From positions 67,121-131,120 of IMG/VR virus record IMGVR_UViG_3300002141_000156: DNA of 64,000 bases; one strand, given 5' to 3'. The position numbers were made by a program, and so were the translations under genes. The notes below the pieces were generated by a model. The model did not search any database, was not told where the DNA came from, and was given only the letters and a program-made list of their open reading frames with translations. Below, one piece after another: positions 63,859-64,000 of this stretch; position 1 is the stretch's first letter, and the number at the start of each line of letters is the position of its first letter. Source of the stretch: a virus.

Positions 63859-64000
63859 ATGAGTGATTTTTTCTATAACACAGACAAGGCAAAACGATTG
63901 GCAACAGCCGTATGCACCCAAGACCTTTGGCAATTTGATACAAGAGTTTTTGTAAAAGGAGAAGCGTATAAGGTTACAATGATACAATCACATTCCTACT
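63859..64000 (+). CDS. 5' part of an early gene truncated by the window edge
   Basis: MSDFFYNTDKAKRLATAVCTQDLWQFD... open to the end; A-rich leader. Confidence 0.5.
   Translation, partial: MSDFFYNTDKAKRLATAVCTQDLWQFDTRVFVKGEAYKVTMIQSHSY

Noticed and set aside
1-64000. Alternative genetic code (TAG/TGA reassignment)
   Set aside because: Conserved genes (TerL, ligase, sigma) are intact in code 11, coding density is high, and TAG/TGA serve as normal stops

Overview
AT-rich segment of a large (jumbo/huge-type) T4-like myophage. Bacteroidota host is inferred from a Bacteroidota-type RpoD-like sigma, bS21, DUF4494, the tmRNA 5' end, TAnnTTT(A/G)-type promoters and A-rich leaders lacking Shine-Dalgarno motifs. 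From 1 to ~23 kb are virion and packaging genes (tail completion, baseplate wedge and hub, TerS/TerL), an ECF-like sigma and a tmRNA. At 23-25.5 kb is an FkbM methyltransferase / MBD4-like glycosylase / glycosyltransferase cluster. From 25.8 to 58 kb are many late-promoter (ATAAATA) genes carrying a T4-CTS-like N-terminal leader (PT-TG-like, annexin-like, NUDIX, GH19, LRR, ART-like, HExxH), interleaved with ligase, bS21, ClpP, RpoD, M28 and 2OG-Fe genes. At 58.2-59.6 kb is a GC-rich non-coding island with a CCWGG cluster and iteron-like repeats. From 59.9 to 64 kb is an early region of small genes in repeated promoter-ORF-terminator cassettes. Highlights: an unannotated -1 frameshift extension at A_AAA_AAG (22713), a modular capsid-cargo leader system, and fixed-spacing early promoters with a 13-bp terminator-linked motif. 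All family calls come from visual motif recognition, not database searches.
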